From Candidatus Babeliales bacterium (GTDB lineage: Bacteria > Babelota > Babeliae > Babelales > JABDEC01): a stretch of DNA of 64,000 nt. Both the position numbers and the translations under genes were made by a program. The stretch covers positions 1-64,000 of the forward strand of contig JARLHJ010000012.1 in NCBI GenBank assembly GCA_031292305.1, read 5' to 3'. The notes under the pieces were generated by a model. It was not told where the DNA came from. It saw only the letters and a program-made list of their open reading frames with translations, and ran no database searches. The stretch's first letter is position 1, and each line of letters starts with the position of its first letter. Below are positions 9,373-19,556 of the stretch, piece by piece.

Positions 9373-9766
9373 ATGATAAACTATTGAAGTTTGGATGCTT
9401 AATCTGGCTATAAGAATTGCATTCATAATGGTAAATCTCGAATGTTTAAATAATTTTTTGTGATTTATAATTTTATCATAATGACTTTTCTTAGCTTTTA
9501 CTTCCTTTGATTTCTTAGACTTTGTAGCTGATTTCAAACGTTTATCTACTTCTACTAACATTACAAATAAAGCTGTAACCTTTTTTTTCGATTATCAAAA
9601 GACAAAACGACATTTGCCTATTTAAACATTGTATTTCTTTTAAATGATATTCAATATCATTCGTTAAATTCTAATAAAATGAATGAAGCTTTTATAAAAA
9701 TATAATTAGTTTACAAAAATGCGAAGTATGCCCTTCGTAGCTATCCACAAAGTGGATGCGTAACAA

Positions 9767-9916
9767 ATGTTTAATCAATATACAGCATTAGCTGAAAAGC
9801 GCGTTGATGCTAAACAGATGAATGATAAAACTGCTAAAGAATTTTCATTTTTTCATAGAATGGTTAAAAATGCTTTAGAAAAAGAAGCATTTGGAAGTAT
9901 CCAAAGCAAATTATAA
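9767..9916 (+). CDS. Candidate small protein (49 aa), hypothetical
   Basis: ATG…TAA ORF MFNQYTALAEKRVDAKQMNDKTAKEFSFFHRMVKNALEKEAFGSIQSKL. It is followed at 9941..9975 by a strong hairpin terminator. No RBS is obvious, so confidence is low. Confidence 0.25.
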   Translation: MFNQYTALAEKRVDAKQMNDKTAKEFSFFHRMVKNALEKEAFGSIQSKL

Positions 9917-9940
9917 TATCAAAGAAGACCAAATAATCAA

Positions 9941-9975
9941 AGAAGGCCAGCGTAAAAAGCTGGCCTTCTTCTTTC
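9941..9975 (+). terminator. Rho-independent terminator (GAAGGCCAGC…GCTGGCCTTC + T-run)
   Basis: Perfect 12-bp stem followed by CTTTC. It belongs to the GCCAG…CTGGC hairpin family seen at several gene ends in this window. Confidence 0.55.
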
Positions 9976-10025
9976 AAAAACATAAAAAATGTTCGTTTAA
10001 ATAATAATTTTTAATTAAAAGAATG

Positions 10026-10604
10026 TTATTTGGCCTTACAAGTTTCTTGTGGATTGCGCCATATTAATATTGAATTAGAAGAATTTTTTGATAATAAGAT
10101 ATCTTTTATATACACAAACCCTGATTTTTTATAACAGTTAATGCTTCTAATATTATTAATATTGGGATCTACCATACAAGCATTGAAATTATTATCGACG
10201 AATTTGATTAAAAATTGTTTTAGAATTTCAGTCCCATATCCCTTATTTAAAAATTCAGTATTGCCAATATAAAAATCTATTGCAGCAAGTTTGGGAATTT
10301 CTTTAATTTCATTTTCAATTAGAGAAAGTTCGTAGCCTTCACGTTTAAATTCTCTAGCGTTATATAATTGAATATATCCTATAGGTTCATTTTTTATAAA
10401 AATTATAAAGCAATCAATATTTTCGGTTTTATCAATACGGGGTCCTAATTTTTTTTCAATGCCATGCAAAGTAATTTGTTTGGATGTAGAATTTCCAAAC
10501 CATTCTTTTACATGTTCAGAATTTAACCATTTAATTAAATATGAAAAATGTGATCGTCTTAATTTAACAAATTCAATTTTATCATTTTCAAAAAATGTAT
10601 TCAT
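10026..10604 (-). CDS. GNAT-family N-acetyltransferase (192 aa)
   Basis: Acetyl-CoA binding-like segment …IGNTEFLNKGYGTEILKQFL… with GNAT fold topology. Small cytoplasmic protein. Confidence 0.6.
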   Translation of the reverse strand: MNTFFENDKIEFVKLRRSHFSYLIKWLNSEHVKEWFGNSTSKQITLHGIEKKLGPRIDKTENIDCFIIFIKNEPIGYIQLYNAREFKREGYELSLIENEIKEIPKLAAIDFYIGNTEFLNKGYGTEILKQFLIKFVDNNFNACMVDPNINNIRSINCYKKSGFVYIKDILLSKNSSNSILIWRNPQETCKAK

Positions 10605-10708
10605 CTAAGTCTACTTTCTATTCAATTTAAGTGTGTTAATTATAGTTTAATTTTAACTTTTTAGTAATACCTGTTAAAATATTTAAAAATAAAAATCTAG
10701 GAGAATGA

Positions 10709-11200
10709 ATGAATAAATTCAATAAAATATTAGCCTTTTTCCAAACTTTAGTAATTTTTGTAAGTCCAATTGCTGGGATAACTTCGATTTGTGGCTTTGT
10801 TTACGGTTTTTATTGGGTTCGCAACCATAAAATACAACAAAGAATGGATCATAGAAGTGAAGAAGCAAGAAAAGCCTTAGATCATTTATTTGAAGTTAAA
10901 TTGTTATTAAAAGAAGCTTTTGAAGGTGATGCTTGTGATCGAAAAGAAGTATTAGATAATAGATTGCCAATTCTTTTAAATAATTTACTTAACACATTAT
11001 TTTTCATAAAGCATTCACAGGCTATTGAGGACTTAAAGAAAATGCTTAATGATTTATTAGAAGCTGTTGTAAGTTATGAAGATATTAAAAATTCTGAAAT
11101 TGTTTGTAGCAGGGTTAAATCGATAATTTACCAAAATAATCATAATAGATTAGATGATCTAAAGATTGTTTTATTAGAAATTTATGAAATGAAACGATAA
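10709..11200 (+). CDS. Hypothetical membrane-anchored protein (163 aa)
   Basis: One N-terminal TM helix and a helical C-terminal part. The RBS GGAGAATGAATG is present. Confidence 0.4.
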   Translation: MNKFNKILAFFQTLVIFVSPIAGITSICGFVYGFYWVRNHKIQQRMDHRSEEARKALDHLFEVKLLLKEAFEGDACDRKEVLDNRLPILLNNLLNTLFFIKHSQAIEDLKKMLNDLLEAVVSYEDIKNSEIVCSRVKSIIYQNNHNRLDDLKIVLLEIYEMKR

Positions 11201-11462
11201 TTAATTTTAAATTTTTTCCTATAGCTTTTTACATAAGATCTTTTTTTATAAACTGACCTCCTTTTTGCATAAAATCACCTAAATTACAGTAATATTTAAT
11301 ATTTTCGAGTTTTCACATGGAAAGAATGCGTCAACTAATGATTCTAATAGCTTGTTTTTTATGGCTTGGATTTGTTACTATTAGAATGAGTAAGTAGATT
11401 GAACCTTAAAAAGTCAATCTTCTTAGGTGTGAAAGCAGTTTAACGTAAAAAAGGAGGTAATT

Positions 11463-11678
11463 ATGAAAATATTTCATAAAATGTTAATTTTTGTTCTTTT
11501 AGCATCTGCAACTACAGCAATGCAAGGTTTTCTAGGTGATGTAATTAGAGGTAGTGGTCAATTAGCTGGTAACGTAGTTACTGGTGCTACAGACACAGCA
11601 GCAAACATAGTATCTGGTCCAGGTTACTATGAAGATGACATTTATTATCCAAGAAGTGGTTACAGATCTTATAGATAA
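11463..11678 (+). CDS. Small secreted Gly/Tyr-rich protein (71 aa)
   Basis: Strong RBS AAAGGAGGT 6 nt upstream. Signal peptide, then a G/A/T/V-rich segment with a YY…Y tail. A perfect palindromic terminator follows. Confidence 0.45.
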   Translation: MKIFHKMLIFVLLASATTAMQGFLGDVIRGSGQLAGNVVTGATDTAANIVSGPGYYEDDIYYPRSGYRSYR

Positions 11679-11689
11679 ATAATAATTAT

Positions 11690-11723
11690 TTACTCAGGGC
11701 TATTAATTAATAGCCCTGAGTAA
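11690..11723. terminator. Perfect 34-nt palindrome (TTACTCAGGGCTATTAA|TTAATAGCCCTGAGTAA), probable terminator
   Basis: The exact inverted repeat is seen directly. It lies 3' of the 11463 gene. Confidence 0.5.
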
Positions 11724-11804
11724 ATATATCTAGACTAACTTTTAATTTTTTGTATAAACTATCACGAATTTCAAAAGTTTAACGTTTTAAAAAGTGAGTA
11801 GTTT

Positions 11805-12347
11805 ATGATGAAAAATAATTCAATATTTCTTTTATTAGTTATTGGTTTAATTAGTAATTCACAATTTATATATGGCAAAAAATGTTTTAACAATGTTAAT
11901 CCGCCTAGGCCGCAACCAATAACATTAACCTACTATTTGAATGTCTCAGATTTTGCAAGAAGTTTTATTGCAATCCCAACATCTAATGTATCAACAAAAA
12001 GTTTAACATTAGCTTCTAGTTATCTTGCAGGAAGAGCCCCTATTTATAATTCAGCAAACAAGAAGGCTGGAACATGCTCAGCATCATTTTTAAATATGAA
12101 AACTAAAGATGGAATTTTTACCGATATTTCTAATTATATATCTGCTGAAAATGGGTTAATAGTAACTTGGTTTACACCAACAAAATTAGCAAACTTAGAA
12201 TTAGATAGCATTATACATGGCATGGTTACTGAATGTCTGGTGACTGTAACAACTAAGGTAGGATTTTCGCTATTTTACGGACAAAAATTTAATTTAGTTG
12301 TTTCATCAAAGGATGGAAGAATCTATTTTCAATTTACTAGTATCTGA
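11805..12347 (+). CDS. Hypothetical secreted protein (180 aa)
   Basis: Signal peptide. The beta-rich composition is suggestive only. A terminator at 12392..12424 (AAGATCCG-tttcaaag-CGGATCTT + T-run) follows. Confidence 0.4.
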   Translation: MMKNNSIFLLLVIGLISNSQFIYGKKCFNNVNPPRPQPITLTYYLNVSDFARSFIAIPTSNVSTKSLTLASSYLAGRAPIYNSANKKAGTCSASFLNMKTKDGIFTDISNYISAENGLIVTWFTPTKLANLELDSIIHGMVTECLVTVTTKVGFSLFYGQKFNLVVSSKDGRIYFQFTSI

Positions 12348-12625
12348 TCTATAAGAGAGTAATAACTCATAAAAATGATAAATTTATTAATAAGATCCGT
12401 TTCAAAGCGGATCTTATTTTTTTGTATTGATTATGAAAACTTTTTTTTTAAATTTCTCAATTTTAAATTTTTGAACAAATGCTTTGCCAGTAATAATTAA
12501 TTTAAAATCAAGGTACAAAAAGCAATAGATGTAAATTTAGTAATTATTTTTATATTGCAATATGAAATTTTATTGTGTTAATATATAAATAATATTTCAA
12601 TTTAGCTGTATAAAGGGGGCTGGGT

Positions 12626-14257
12626 ATGCAAAATAAATTAAAGAAGCTATTTATCTCATTTTTAATATTATTTGGTTCTAATAATGCAATGGATAAGGTG
12701 CAGTCTAATTTTAGTGAAGAAAAAGAAGAAAAAATTCATATGTTGGGTGTGCCTACATCTCATGTTCCAGTAAACCCTGTATTAAGCATGCCAATACCAG
12801 TAAAGCAGACAGAGAAAAAAGAAAATTCTCAAATACCCAACCTATTGCAAAGCAAACCCGAATTAGAAGAAAAAGTTCAGGATGTGTTGCATCTTGTAAA
12901 GAATGCTCGTGAAAATTTCAAAAAAATAAATGTTAAAAATATTGATAAACTTGAAATTTTTGTAGATCCAAAAGATAAAAGTAAAAAAGAACTAGATGAA
13001 ATTAAAGAGAATGCTTTGAGTCATAAAGAAGAACTTGATGAAAATCAAAACGTAGATTCAGTAACAATAGAAAAAATTAGTGAACCCAATTTTGAAAATG
13101 GTTTATGGTACTTAGATTTAGCAATTAAAAAAATGCAATCTAAGCCTGCAAATAATAAGGTAAATTCTATTGAAGTAGTAAATAAGGATATAAAGGAGAT
13201 TGAAAATATTTTTAATAATATCGAATCAAATCTTACATTAATATTCGAGCAAGTTAAAGCAAAAATTGCACTTCTTAATTCACTTAAAATAAATGAAAAA
13301 GAAAAAGATTCTAAAGATATTAATAATCATACTGATATAAATATTAAGCAGTTAGGTAATATTTTTGAAAGCTGGAATAATATAAAAAAACGTGAAATTA
13401 AAGCATTTGCAGAACTTAAGCAAGAAGTTGCAACACAAGCAATGATAGCAAAAAAACCAAACATTGATGTGCCAAAGAAAGAAGTTGAGGAAAAAAAATC
13501 AGATGAAACATTCACAAACAAACCAATAAAACCACCACTTTTGAATCCTAAGCCGATTAAAATTATAGAAAAGCCAACATCCATATTAAAACCAGATATA
13601 AAAAAAGAACCAGAACTAAAAACTAATGGAGACTATGAAAAGCTTCAATCTGATTGGGAGCAAGCCAAAGGTAGTGAGAAAACAAAATTATTTGCTGAAT
13701 TACAAGTTTATAAAATTAAACACAAAATGAAGTTTAATTTGAATAACGTGGATTATAGAGTAGGTTCTAAAGAACGTATAGCTAAAGCTATAGAATTATT
13801 TAAAGATAAGCCCGGAGCAGAGAATCTTATTAAGAAAATTATTTTACAAGGTTCAACTAATACTCCCGGAAATTTGAGAGTGGCTATAGGAGCAGCATAT
13901 GAATTACTAATGGGATTACAATTAACAGAAGAAGGTCAAACAGTAATTGGGTTTGGAAGTGTATACACTTCCAAAAAAATCAACAGAAAATTTGAATATG
14001 ACATAGAAACCAATGAAACATTAATAGAATGTAAACATTGGAATTGGTCAGATAACCAAAATCGAAAAATTGCAGAAATTCAAAGAGATTTTGAAGAAAG
14101 AAAAAACCTTGCAAATGAGCAACAAAAAGAGTTTATTTTAATTTCTAAAGAAGACATTCCTGAAAGGTTAAAATTGTGGCTTGTAAATAAGAAAATTTCA
14201 TATTCAATAATTCCTAAGCCTGCAAGTATGTACGCAAAAACTTTTGGAAAAGGATAA
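12626..14257 (+). CDS. Large lysine/glutamate-rich secreted protein (543 aa), hypothetical
   Basis: Signal peptide. A long charged coiled-coil-like middle contains a PKP-rich segment (KPIKPPLLNPKPIKIIEKP). The last roughly 200 aa look globular. Confidence 0.5.
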   Translation: MQNKLKKLFISFLILFGSNNAMDKVQSNFSEEKEEKIHMLGVPTSHVPVNPVLSMPIPVKQTEKKENSQIPNLLQSKPELEEKVQDVLHLVKNARENFKKINVKNIDKLEIFVDPKDKSKKELDEIKENALSHKEELDENQNVDSVTIEKISEPNFENGLWYLDLAIKKMQSKPANNKVNSIEVVNKDIKEIENIFNNIESNLTLIFEQVKAKIALLNSLKINEKEKDSKDINNHTDINIKQLGNIFESWNNIKKREIKAFAELKQEVATQAMIAKKPNIDVPKKEVEEKKSDETFTNKPIKPPLLNPKPIKIIEKPTSILKPDIKKEPELKTNGDYEKLQSDWEQAKGSEKTKLFAELQVYKIKHKMKFNLNNVDYRVGSKERIAKAIELFKDKPGAENLIKKIILQGSTNTPGNLRVAIGAAYELLMGLQLTEEGQTVIGFGSVYTSKKINRKFEYDIETNETLIECKHWNWSDNQNRKIAEIQRDFEERKNLANEQQKEFILISKEDIPERLKLWLVNKKISYSIIPKPASMYAKTFGKG

Positions 14258-14298
14258 ACTTGTAAAGGGTTAACAAAGAAGTATTAATACATATTCTA

Positions 14299-15210
14299 TT
14301 AATACTTCTTTGTTAACCACCACATAACTTCATGTTTGTTATGGTATAAGTGAATAATTTTACTACCATCTATTTTTAAAAACTCATCTATTACTTTAAA
14401 GTCCGCTTCGCCTTGAAATTTTATTGTACAGACAAAGTTTTTAGTGTTACTTTCTTGCATCCATTTTTTAATTAGCGTAAGCAAGCGTTCTGGATAACAA
14501 ATTATATCAGAAAAGAACCATTCAATATTTGGCAAAGATTTAGGGTCAAGTGCAAATGCGCTTTCTTGCAAAAAAGTTATGTTGGCGAGTTTTGCAATTT
14601 TTGGATCTAAAGGTGCTTTGTCAACGCTTACTACATTTAACCCAAGTTCAGATAAAACCCAGCTCCAACCTCCAGGGCAAGAACCCATATCAATAACTTG
14701 AGTGCCTTTAGCAGGTGTTTTACAATGCAAGGTAAATAATTCCCACAATTTTAAATAAGCGCGAGAAGGTGGAATAGTCTTATTTTCAACAAATTCGCAC
14801 TTTCCTAGTGCAAAACGGGAAGTTGTCTCAGTTGAGTATACTATTGTATTTGCATCAAGCAGGGTCCATCCTCCCATTGGATATTTGGGTAAATCGCCTA
14901 AGAATTCAATAGGTTGATCTTTAATTTTATATAAGCCTTCTTGGATTAATTGTGCTCTTCTATGATTTTCTATAGTAAATAAAGACCAGTTTCTGCCTGC
15001 AGCTTTAAGTTTTTTGATTCCATCACCTATTGAGGCGATAGTTTCTTTTTTGCAATTGATCCATGTCACTTGAGCAAAAATCGGGCAATAATTTTGATCT
15101 AAAAAGTATAAGCGATCATGTTTTTCAAAGTTTATTTTGCGATATCTTAATTCTCGCTCTAGTTCATGTTCAAGTTCAAAGATTGCTAAGGCTATATTTA
15201 TAAGGTTCAT
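14299..15210 (-). CDS. rlmM: RlmM/FtsJ-like 23S rRNA 2'-O-ribose methyltransferase
   Basis: …PSRAYLKLWE… followed by the SAM-binding motif VIDMGSCPGGWSWVL, resembling RlmM PSRSxLKLEE / DLGAxPGGW. Confidence 0.6.
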   Translation of the reverse strand: MNLINIALAIFELEHELERELRYRKINFEKHDRLYFLDQNYCPIFAQVTWINCKKETIASIGDGIKKLKAAGRNWSLFTIENHRRAQLIQEGLYKIKDQPIEFLGDLPKYPMGGWTLLDANTIVYSTETTSRFALGKCEFVENKTIPPSRAYLKLWELFTLHCKTPAKGTQVIDMGSCPGGWSWVLSELGLNVVSVDKAPLDPKIAKLANITFLQESAFALDPKSLPNIEWFFSDIICYPERLLTLIKKWMQESNTKNFVCTIKFQGEADFKVIDEFLKIDGSKIIHLYHNKHEVMWWLTKKY

Positions 15211-15361
15211 AGGTTTAATTATCGCTTTTTATGTTGTAGTATTTATTATTTAATATACCTTAAATTGCTAAAAATGAAAAATTTGGCAGATTAATAGGTG
15301 TTAAAACTTGATAAAAGTTTCTATTTGACAATTTATATAAATAGTTTATTATTATTAAGAT

Positions 15362-16114
15362 GTGATATTTTTTACCAAAACATTGAAAGTAGGTAATGAA
15401 ATGAAATCTTTAAAACAATTAATATTATTTTTCATAATGGGCATGAATATAATGCAAATTGATGCTGCTCAAGAAAATATGTCTGCAGAGGATTATAATA
15501 AAATAACCAAATCTGCAGAACAAAGAGGTATGTATTCACGAGATTATACTGAATTGATCTTGTCTGCATGTATTGGTTTTATAGATAAATTTGAATTAAT
15601 ATCTCATGAACTTGGTCATGCTATAACTGCAAAAACATTCAATGGCAGTCCAATTGATATTAACTTAGGTGAGATTATAAAAATAGGTGATGCGCAACAA
15701 TATTTATTCAAATTATTAGGTATAATGGTAAATGGATTTGAAAATTATGGCGCTACAAACCATAGAATTTATAATAATGAAAGTAATAAAAAACTAAAAT
15801 TTTTTTTGATAAAACTTATGGGGCCAGTATTTGGAATTACTAGTTTAATTATTATGAAAAGCTTATTAAATAAATTTATAAAAAGTAACGATACATCATC
15901 TTTAAATTTATATCTAAAATTTTTAAGACTCATATGTAATATAAGAATTGCAGTGGAAACTTTTTATGGTTTAACGCCATTTAATTCCACAAAAAAAGGT
16001 GATGGGTATCAAATTTGGAAATTATTAGATTCTAATGAAAAATATATTGGTAAAATTCCTATTGAATATATATCAAACTTACATGGTTTTATGAAACCAC
16101 TTAGGCTTGCATAG
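15362..16114 (+). CDS. Hypothetical secreted protein with an HExxH motif (possible metalloprotease-like)
   Basis: A signal-peptide-like region begins at the internal Met (MKSLKQLILFFIMG…). The motif ISHELGHAIT is HExxH. No further family assignment is possible. Confidence 0.4.
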   Translation: MIFFTKTLKVGNEMKSLKQLILFFIMGMNIMQIDAAQENMSAEDYNKITKSAEQRGMYSRDYTELILSACIGFIDKFELISHELGHAITAKTFNGSPIDINLGEIIKIGDAQQYLFKLLGIMVNGFENYGATNHRIYNNESNKKLKFFLIKLMGPVFGITSLIIMKSLLNKFIKSNDTSSLNLYLKFLRLICNIRIAVETFYGLTPFNSTKKGDGYQIWKLLDSNEKYIGKIPIEYISNLHGFMKPLRLA

Positions 16115-16129
16115 GCATTAAGATTAAAA

Positions 16130-16172
16130 AAGAATAAGGCCAGGAAAAAATTCCTGGCCTTATTCTTTTTTA
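16130..16172. terminator. Bidirectional rho-independent terminator (AAGAATAAGGCCAGG-aaaaaatt-CCTGGCCTTATTCTT)
   Basis: Perfect 15-bp stem with T-runs on both sides, between convergent genes. Confidence 0.65.
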
Positions 16173-16224
16173 ATCTATTATTAATCGCGTTTTTTACCCA
16201 TACATTTAAGTAAGTATAAAATAA

Positions 16225-16662
16225 TCATTTATAAGCACTTAACGCTATTTCCAATAATGCTTCTTTTGAATTGTTAAGTAATTTTCCAATTATTCGCGAT
16301 TCAAACGCATGAAATTTTTTATTATGATCCTGTGTTACCCAGCCGATAGTATATGGTAATCCTGGAGGAGCGGGCATGCTGCCTGTTATTATTACATAAA
16401 TATATTTTCCATCGGAAGGAATAACGACAATTTCTTTTCTTTCAAATGTATTATTTTCATCAAAAGAAATATTATTTTCTAAGGCTTCTTGTTTTGATTT
16501 AAAAGCGGTTTTGCCTATTAAAACTTGATCTAAAAGATTTAAAAAAACTTTTTCAGGAATATTTTTACCGGTATATAAATATTCCGAAGAAATTATTAAT
16601 GTTGGAATAAATAAAACTAATAAAAGTATTTTTTTTGGATCAATCATTTTTAACATGCTCAT
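16225..16662 (-). CDS. Hypothetical secreted protein (145 aa)
   Basis: N-terminal TM/signal segment. Confidence 0.4.
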   Translation of the reverse strand: MSMLKMIDPKKILLLVLFIPTLIISSEYLYTGKNIPEKVFLNLLDQVLIGKTAFKSKQEALENNISFDENNTFERKEIVVIPSDGKYIYVIITGSMPAPPGLPYTIGWVTQDHNKKFHAFESRIIGKLLNNSKEALLEIALSAYK

Positions 16663-16705
16663 ATTGTATTTCCTCAGATTGGAACAATAATTTCTCTAGA
16701 GTATT

Positions 16706-17389
16706 TTAATCTCTTTTTTTACCCATAAATTTAAGTAAATATAAGAATAAATTTATAAAGTCTAGATACAGTGTTAATGCACCGGTAATGCTTAATTTTG
16801 TTGCGTCTTCATGTGTAGAAGCAGCATGTGCAAGCATTTTAATTTTTTGTGCATCATAAGCTGTTAATAGTGTAAATACTATTACACCAAAAAAGCTTAA
16901 AGCGTAATCAAATGCACTATTTTGTAAGAACATATTAACAAAAGAAGATAATATTATTCCAAATAAGCACATTGTTAAAGCACTACCCATTTCTGACAAA
17001 TCGGCTTGAGTAAAATGACCATATAAGGCCATAGCACCAAACATTGCAGCTGCTAAAAAGAATACTACAGCAATTGAGCTCATAGTATAAACTAAGAAAA
17101 CAGATGATAAAGTTAAACCAGTTAATGCAGAATAAGCAATAAATGCCATTTGTGCAGTAGTTGTACTTATTTTGTGAATTGCAGCTGATAAACTGATTAC
17201 AAGTGCAAAATTAACTAGCATTAAAACCATTAACAATCCAGGTGTGCCAAATAGCAAGTTAATCATATATGGGCTATTTGCTGTATAAAAAGCAACCAAA
17301 CCAGTAATTGATAAACCTAACGCCATCCAACCATATACCTTAGAGATAAATAGTGAAGTTGCTTGCGATATTGAGTAGTTGTTATTCAT
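16706..17389 (-). CDS. Bax-inhibitor-1/YccA family membrane protein
   Basis: Seven hydrophobic segments with a short charged tail. The start MNNNYSI… follows the RBS-like AAAGGAAC. The ORF-track start at 17458 is probably an upstream extension. Confidence 0.7.
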   Translation of the reverse strand: MNNNYSISQATSLFISKVYGWMALGLSITGLVAFYTANSPYMINLLFGTPGLLMVLMLVNFALVISLSAAIHKISTTTAQMAFIAYSALTGLTLSSVFLVYTMSSIAVVFFLAAAMFGAMALYGHFTQADLSEMGSALTMCLFGIILSSFVNMFLQNSAFDYALSFFGVIVFTLLTAYDAQKIKMLAHAASTHEDATKLSITGALTLYLDFINLFLYLLKFMGKKRD

Positions 17390-17633
17390 GATAGTTCCTT
17401 TCAGTATGAATATACTTTTTACTTTACTATAAATACATTCTACCATAAATTTTATCATTTGAAAATCATTGCTTTAAATTTATTTTAGGATAGAATTATA
17501 ACGTATAAGTTAAAGTTCTAACATTTCTGAATATATAATATTAATCTAAGGGTTTTTTCTTCATCCGCGGCATGGCAAGTTTCAGGGAATCGTCACTTTA
17601 TTCAATCGATATTAGCCAGTGAAAGGGAATATC

Positions 17634-18218
17634 ATGCTAATCTACATATCTAATTTTTTACAAAATTTTGCTAATAATATTTTTTTTGCAAGTGCAGTTG
17701 TTGGTACAACGCTATTTGTTTTAAGAATGCTCATGACCGTTTTTGGTGGAGCATTAGAAATAGATGATGCCGATACAGATTTTGATTTGGAATCACATCA
17801 CCATTTTATACCATCATTTAAATTGTTTACTTTGCATTCTATATCCGGTTTTTTTATGATGTTTGGCCTTGTAGGCCTTGCATGTATGCACCAATATAAT
17901 ATGACCTATGTACAATCATTTTTAATGGCAAGTGCTGCAGGTTTAATTATAATGTTGGTTACAGCTTTTATATTTAAAGGCGCACTATATTTTGAATCAC
18001 AAGGTGATGTATTTGATATACAACAAAGCATTGGATTGACTGGGATTGTATATCAAACTATTCCAGAAAGCGGGCAAGGCAAAATTAATGTGGTGATAAA
18101 TGGAACAACACGAGAATTATTAGCACAATCGATAAACCAGAAATCAATAGAATCATTTGCAATTATTAAAATTGTAAATGTCATAGATCACGAAATAGTT
18201 GAAGTGATCAAAATTTAG
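17634..18218 (+). CDS. NfeD-like membrane protein (partner of the flotillin/SPFH protein)
   Basis: N-terminal TM helices and a C-terminal soluble beta domain. It lies immediately upstream of an SPFH/flotillin gene, the classic nfeD-floT operon. ATG at 17634 is preferred over GTG at 17619. Confidence 0.6.
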   Translation: MLIYISNFLQNFANNIFFASAVVGTTLFVLRMLMTVFGGALEIDDADTDFDLESHHHFIPSFKLFTLHSISGFFMMFGLVGLACMHQYNMTYVQSFLMASAAGLIIMLVTAFIFKGALYFESQGDVFDIQQSIGLTGIVYQTIPESGQGKINVVINGTTRELLAQSINQKSIESFAIIKIVNVIDHEIVEVIKI

Positions 18219-18231
18219 AAAGGGTACAGCT

Positions 18232-19551
18232 ATGATGAATTTCATAATTTTAGGTGCACTGTTATTTGCACTATTCATATTTTTTACTTTTGCATATTTA
18301 GCAACTTGTTATCGCAGATGTGCATCTAACCAGATTTTAGTTGTCTTTGGTAAATTAACAGGCAAGCAATCTGCTAAATGTTACCATGGCGGTGGAACTT
18401 TTGTTTGGCCATTAATTCAGGATTATCAATATCTTGATTTGACTCCTATGGCTATTCACGTTCCTCTTAAGTCTGCATTATCACAACAGAATATACGTAT
18501 AAATGTTCCAAGTACTTTTACTGTAGCATTAGATACAACGCCAGAGTCTATGAATAATGCTGCAATAAGATTGTTGTCTTTAACTTCAAAAGAAATTGAA
18601 CTTATGGCAACAGAAATAATAGTTGGACAATTGCGATTAACTGTTGCTTCATTGAGAATAGAAGAAATCAACCAAGATCGTGAACGCTTTTTATTTGAAA
18701 TAAGAAAGCACATAGAACCTGAGCTTAAAAAAATAGGTTTAATGTTATTAAACGTTAACATAACTGATATAACAGATGAATCAGGTTATATAGAAAGTAT
18801 TGGCAGAAAGTCTGTATCTACTGCTTTAAACCAAGCCAAGATTGATGTTTCTGAACAAGAAAAACTTGGTGATATTGGTAAAGCGTTAGCTGAAAAAGAA
18901 AGACGTATTCAAGTAGCTGTGTATAATGCACAAGCAGTTGAAGGTGAAAATCAATCTAAAGCTAATATTGCAAATGTTAATGCGCAATTAATTGAACAAG
19001 AAGCTGATGCAGATAGACGCAGTAGAGTTGCATTGCATAATTCATATGCAGAAATTAACGTGGCTAAAAGTTTAGCAGAAATTAAGCGTTTAGAAGCTGA
19101 AGAAATTGTGCCAAAAGAAATTGAAAAAAGAAAAATTGAAATTGACGCAAATGCTCAAGCTGAAAAACATAAAATAGATGCTTATGCACAAGCTGCCGCA
19201 ATACTTGCTTTACAACAAGCAGAAGCTGAAGGTATTTTAAAAATACTTAAAGCAAAAGCTGATGGTTATAGAATGTTGGTTGAATCTTGTTCTAATAATG
19301 CACAAGATGCTGCTACAATGTTGATGGTAGAAAAGCTGGATGAAATTGTAAAACTACAAGCAGAAGCTATCAAAAACATTAAAATAGATAAAATTACTGT
19401 TTGGGATAGTGGCAAAGGTAATACGAGTTCAACTGCTGACTTTTTAAGTAATATGATTAAGTCTTTACCACCTCTACATGAAGTTGCTGCTATGTCAGGA
19501 GTTAAATTGCCTGAATACTTAGGTAATCTAGAAAAACAGAAACCAGTTTAA
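18232..19551 (+). CDS. Flotillin-like SPFH/band-7 protein (439 aa)
   Basis: N-terminal TM and an SPFH domain are followed by a long Ala/Glu-rich coiled coil (EA repeats) typical of flotillins. Confidence 0.75.
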   Translation: MMNFIILGALLFALFIFFTFAYLATCYRRCASNQILVVFGKLTGKQSAKCYHGGGTFVWPLIQDYQYLDLTPMAIHVPLKSALSQQNIRINVPSTFTVALDTTPESMNNAAIRLLSLTSKEIELMATEIIVGQLRLTVASLRIEEINQDRERFLFEIRKHIEPELKKIGLMLLNVNITDITDESGYIESIGRKSVSTALNQAKIDVSEQEKLGDIGKALAEKERRIQVAVYNAQAVEGENQSKANIANVNAQLIEQEADADRRSRVALHNSYAEINVAKSLAEIKRLEAEEIVPKEIEKRKIEIDANAQAEKHKIDAYAQAAAILALQQAEAEGILKILKAKADGYRMLVESCSNNAQDAATMLMVEKLDEIVKLQAEAIKNIKIDKITVWDSGKGNTSSTADFLSNMIKSLPPLHEVAAMSGVKLPEYLGNLEKQKPV

Positions 19552-19556
19552 ATCGA

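Noticed and set aside
9304-9561. 85-aa minus-strand ORF with a very basic N-terminus overlapping the 3' end of the 8503..9372 gene
   Set aside because: It overlaps a better gene by 69 nt and has no RBS. Its C-terminal half is hydrophobic nonsense. It is kept only as a remote possibility.
17540-17618. Relatively GC-rich leader (…CATCCGCGGCATGGCAAGTTTCAGGGAATCGTCAC…) upstream of nfeD as a possible riboswitch or sRNA
   Set aside because: I could not fold it convincingly by eye and it matches no riboswitch consensus I know. It may simply be the 5'UTR or promoter.
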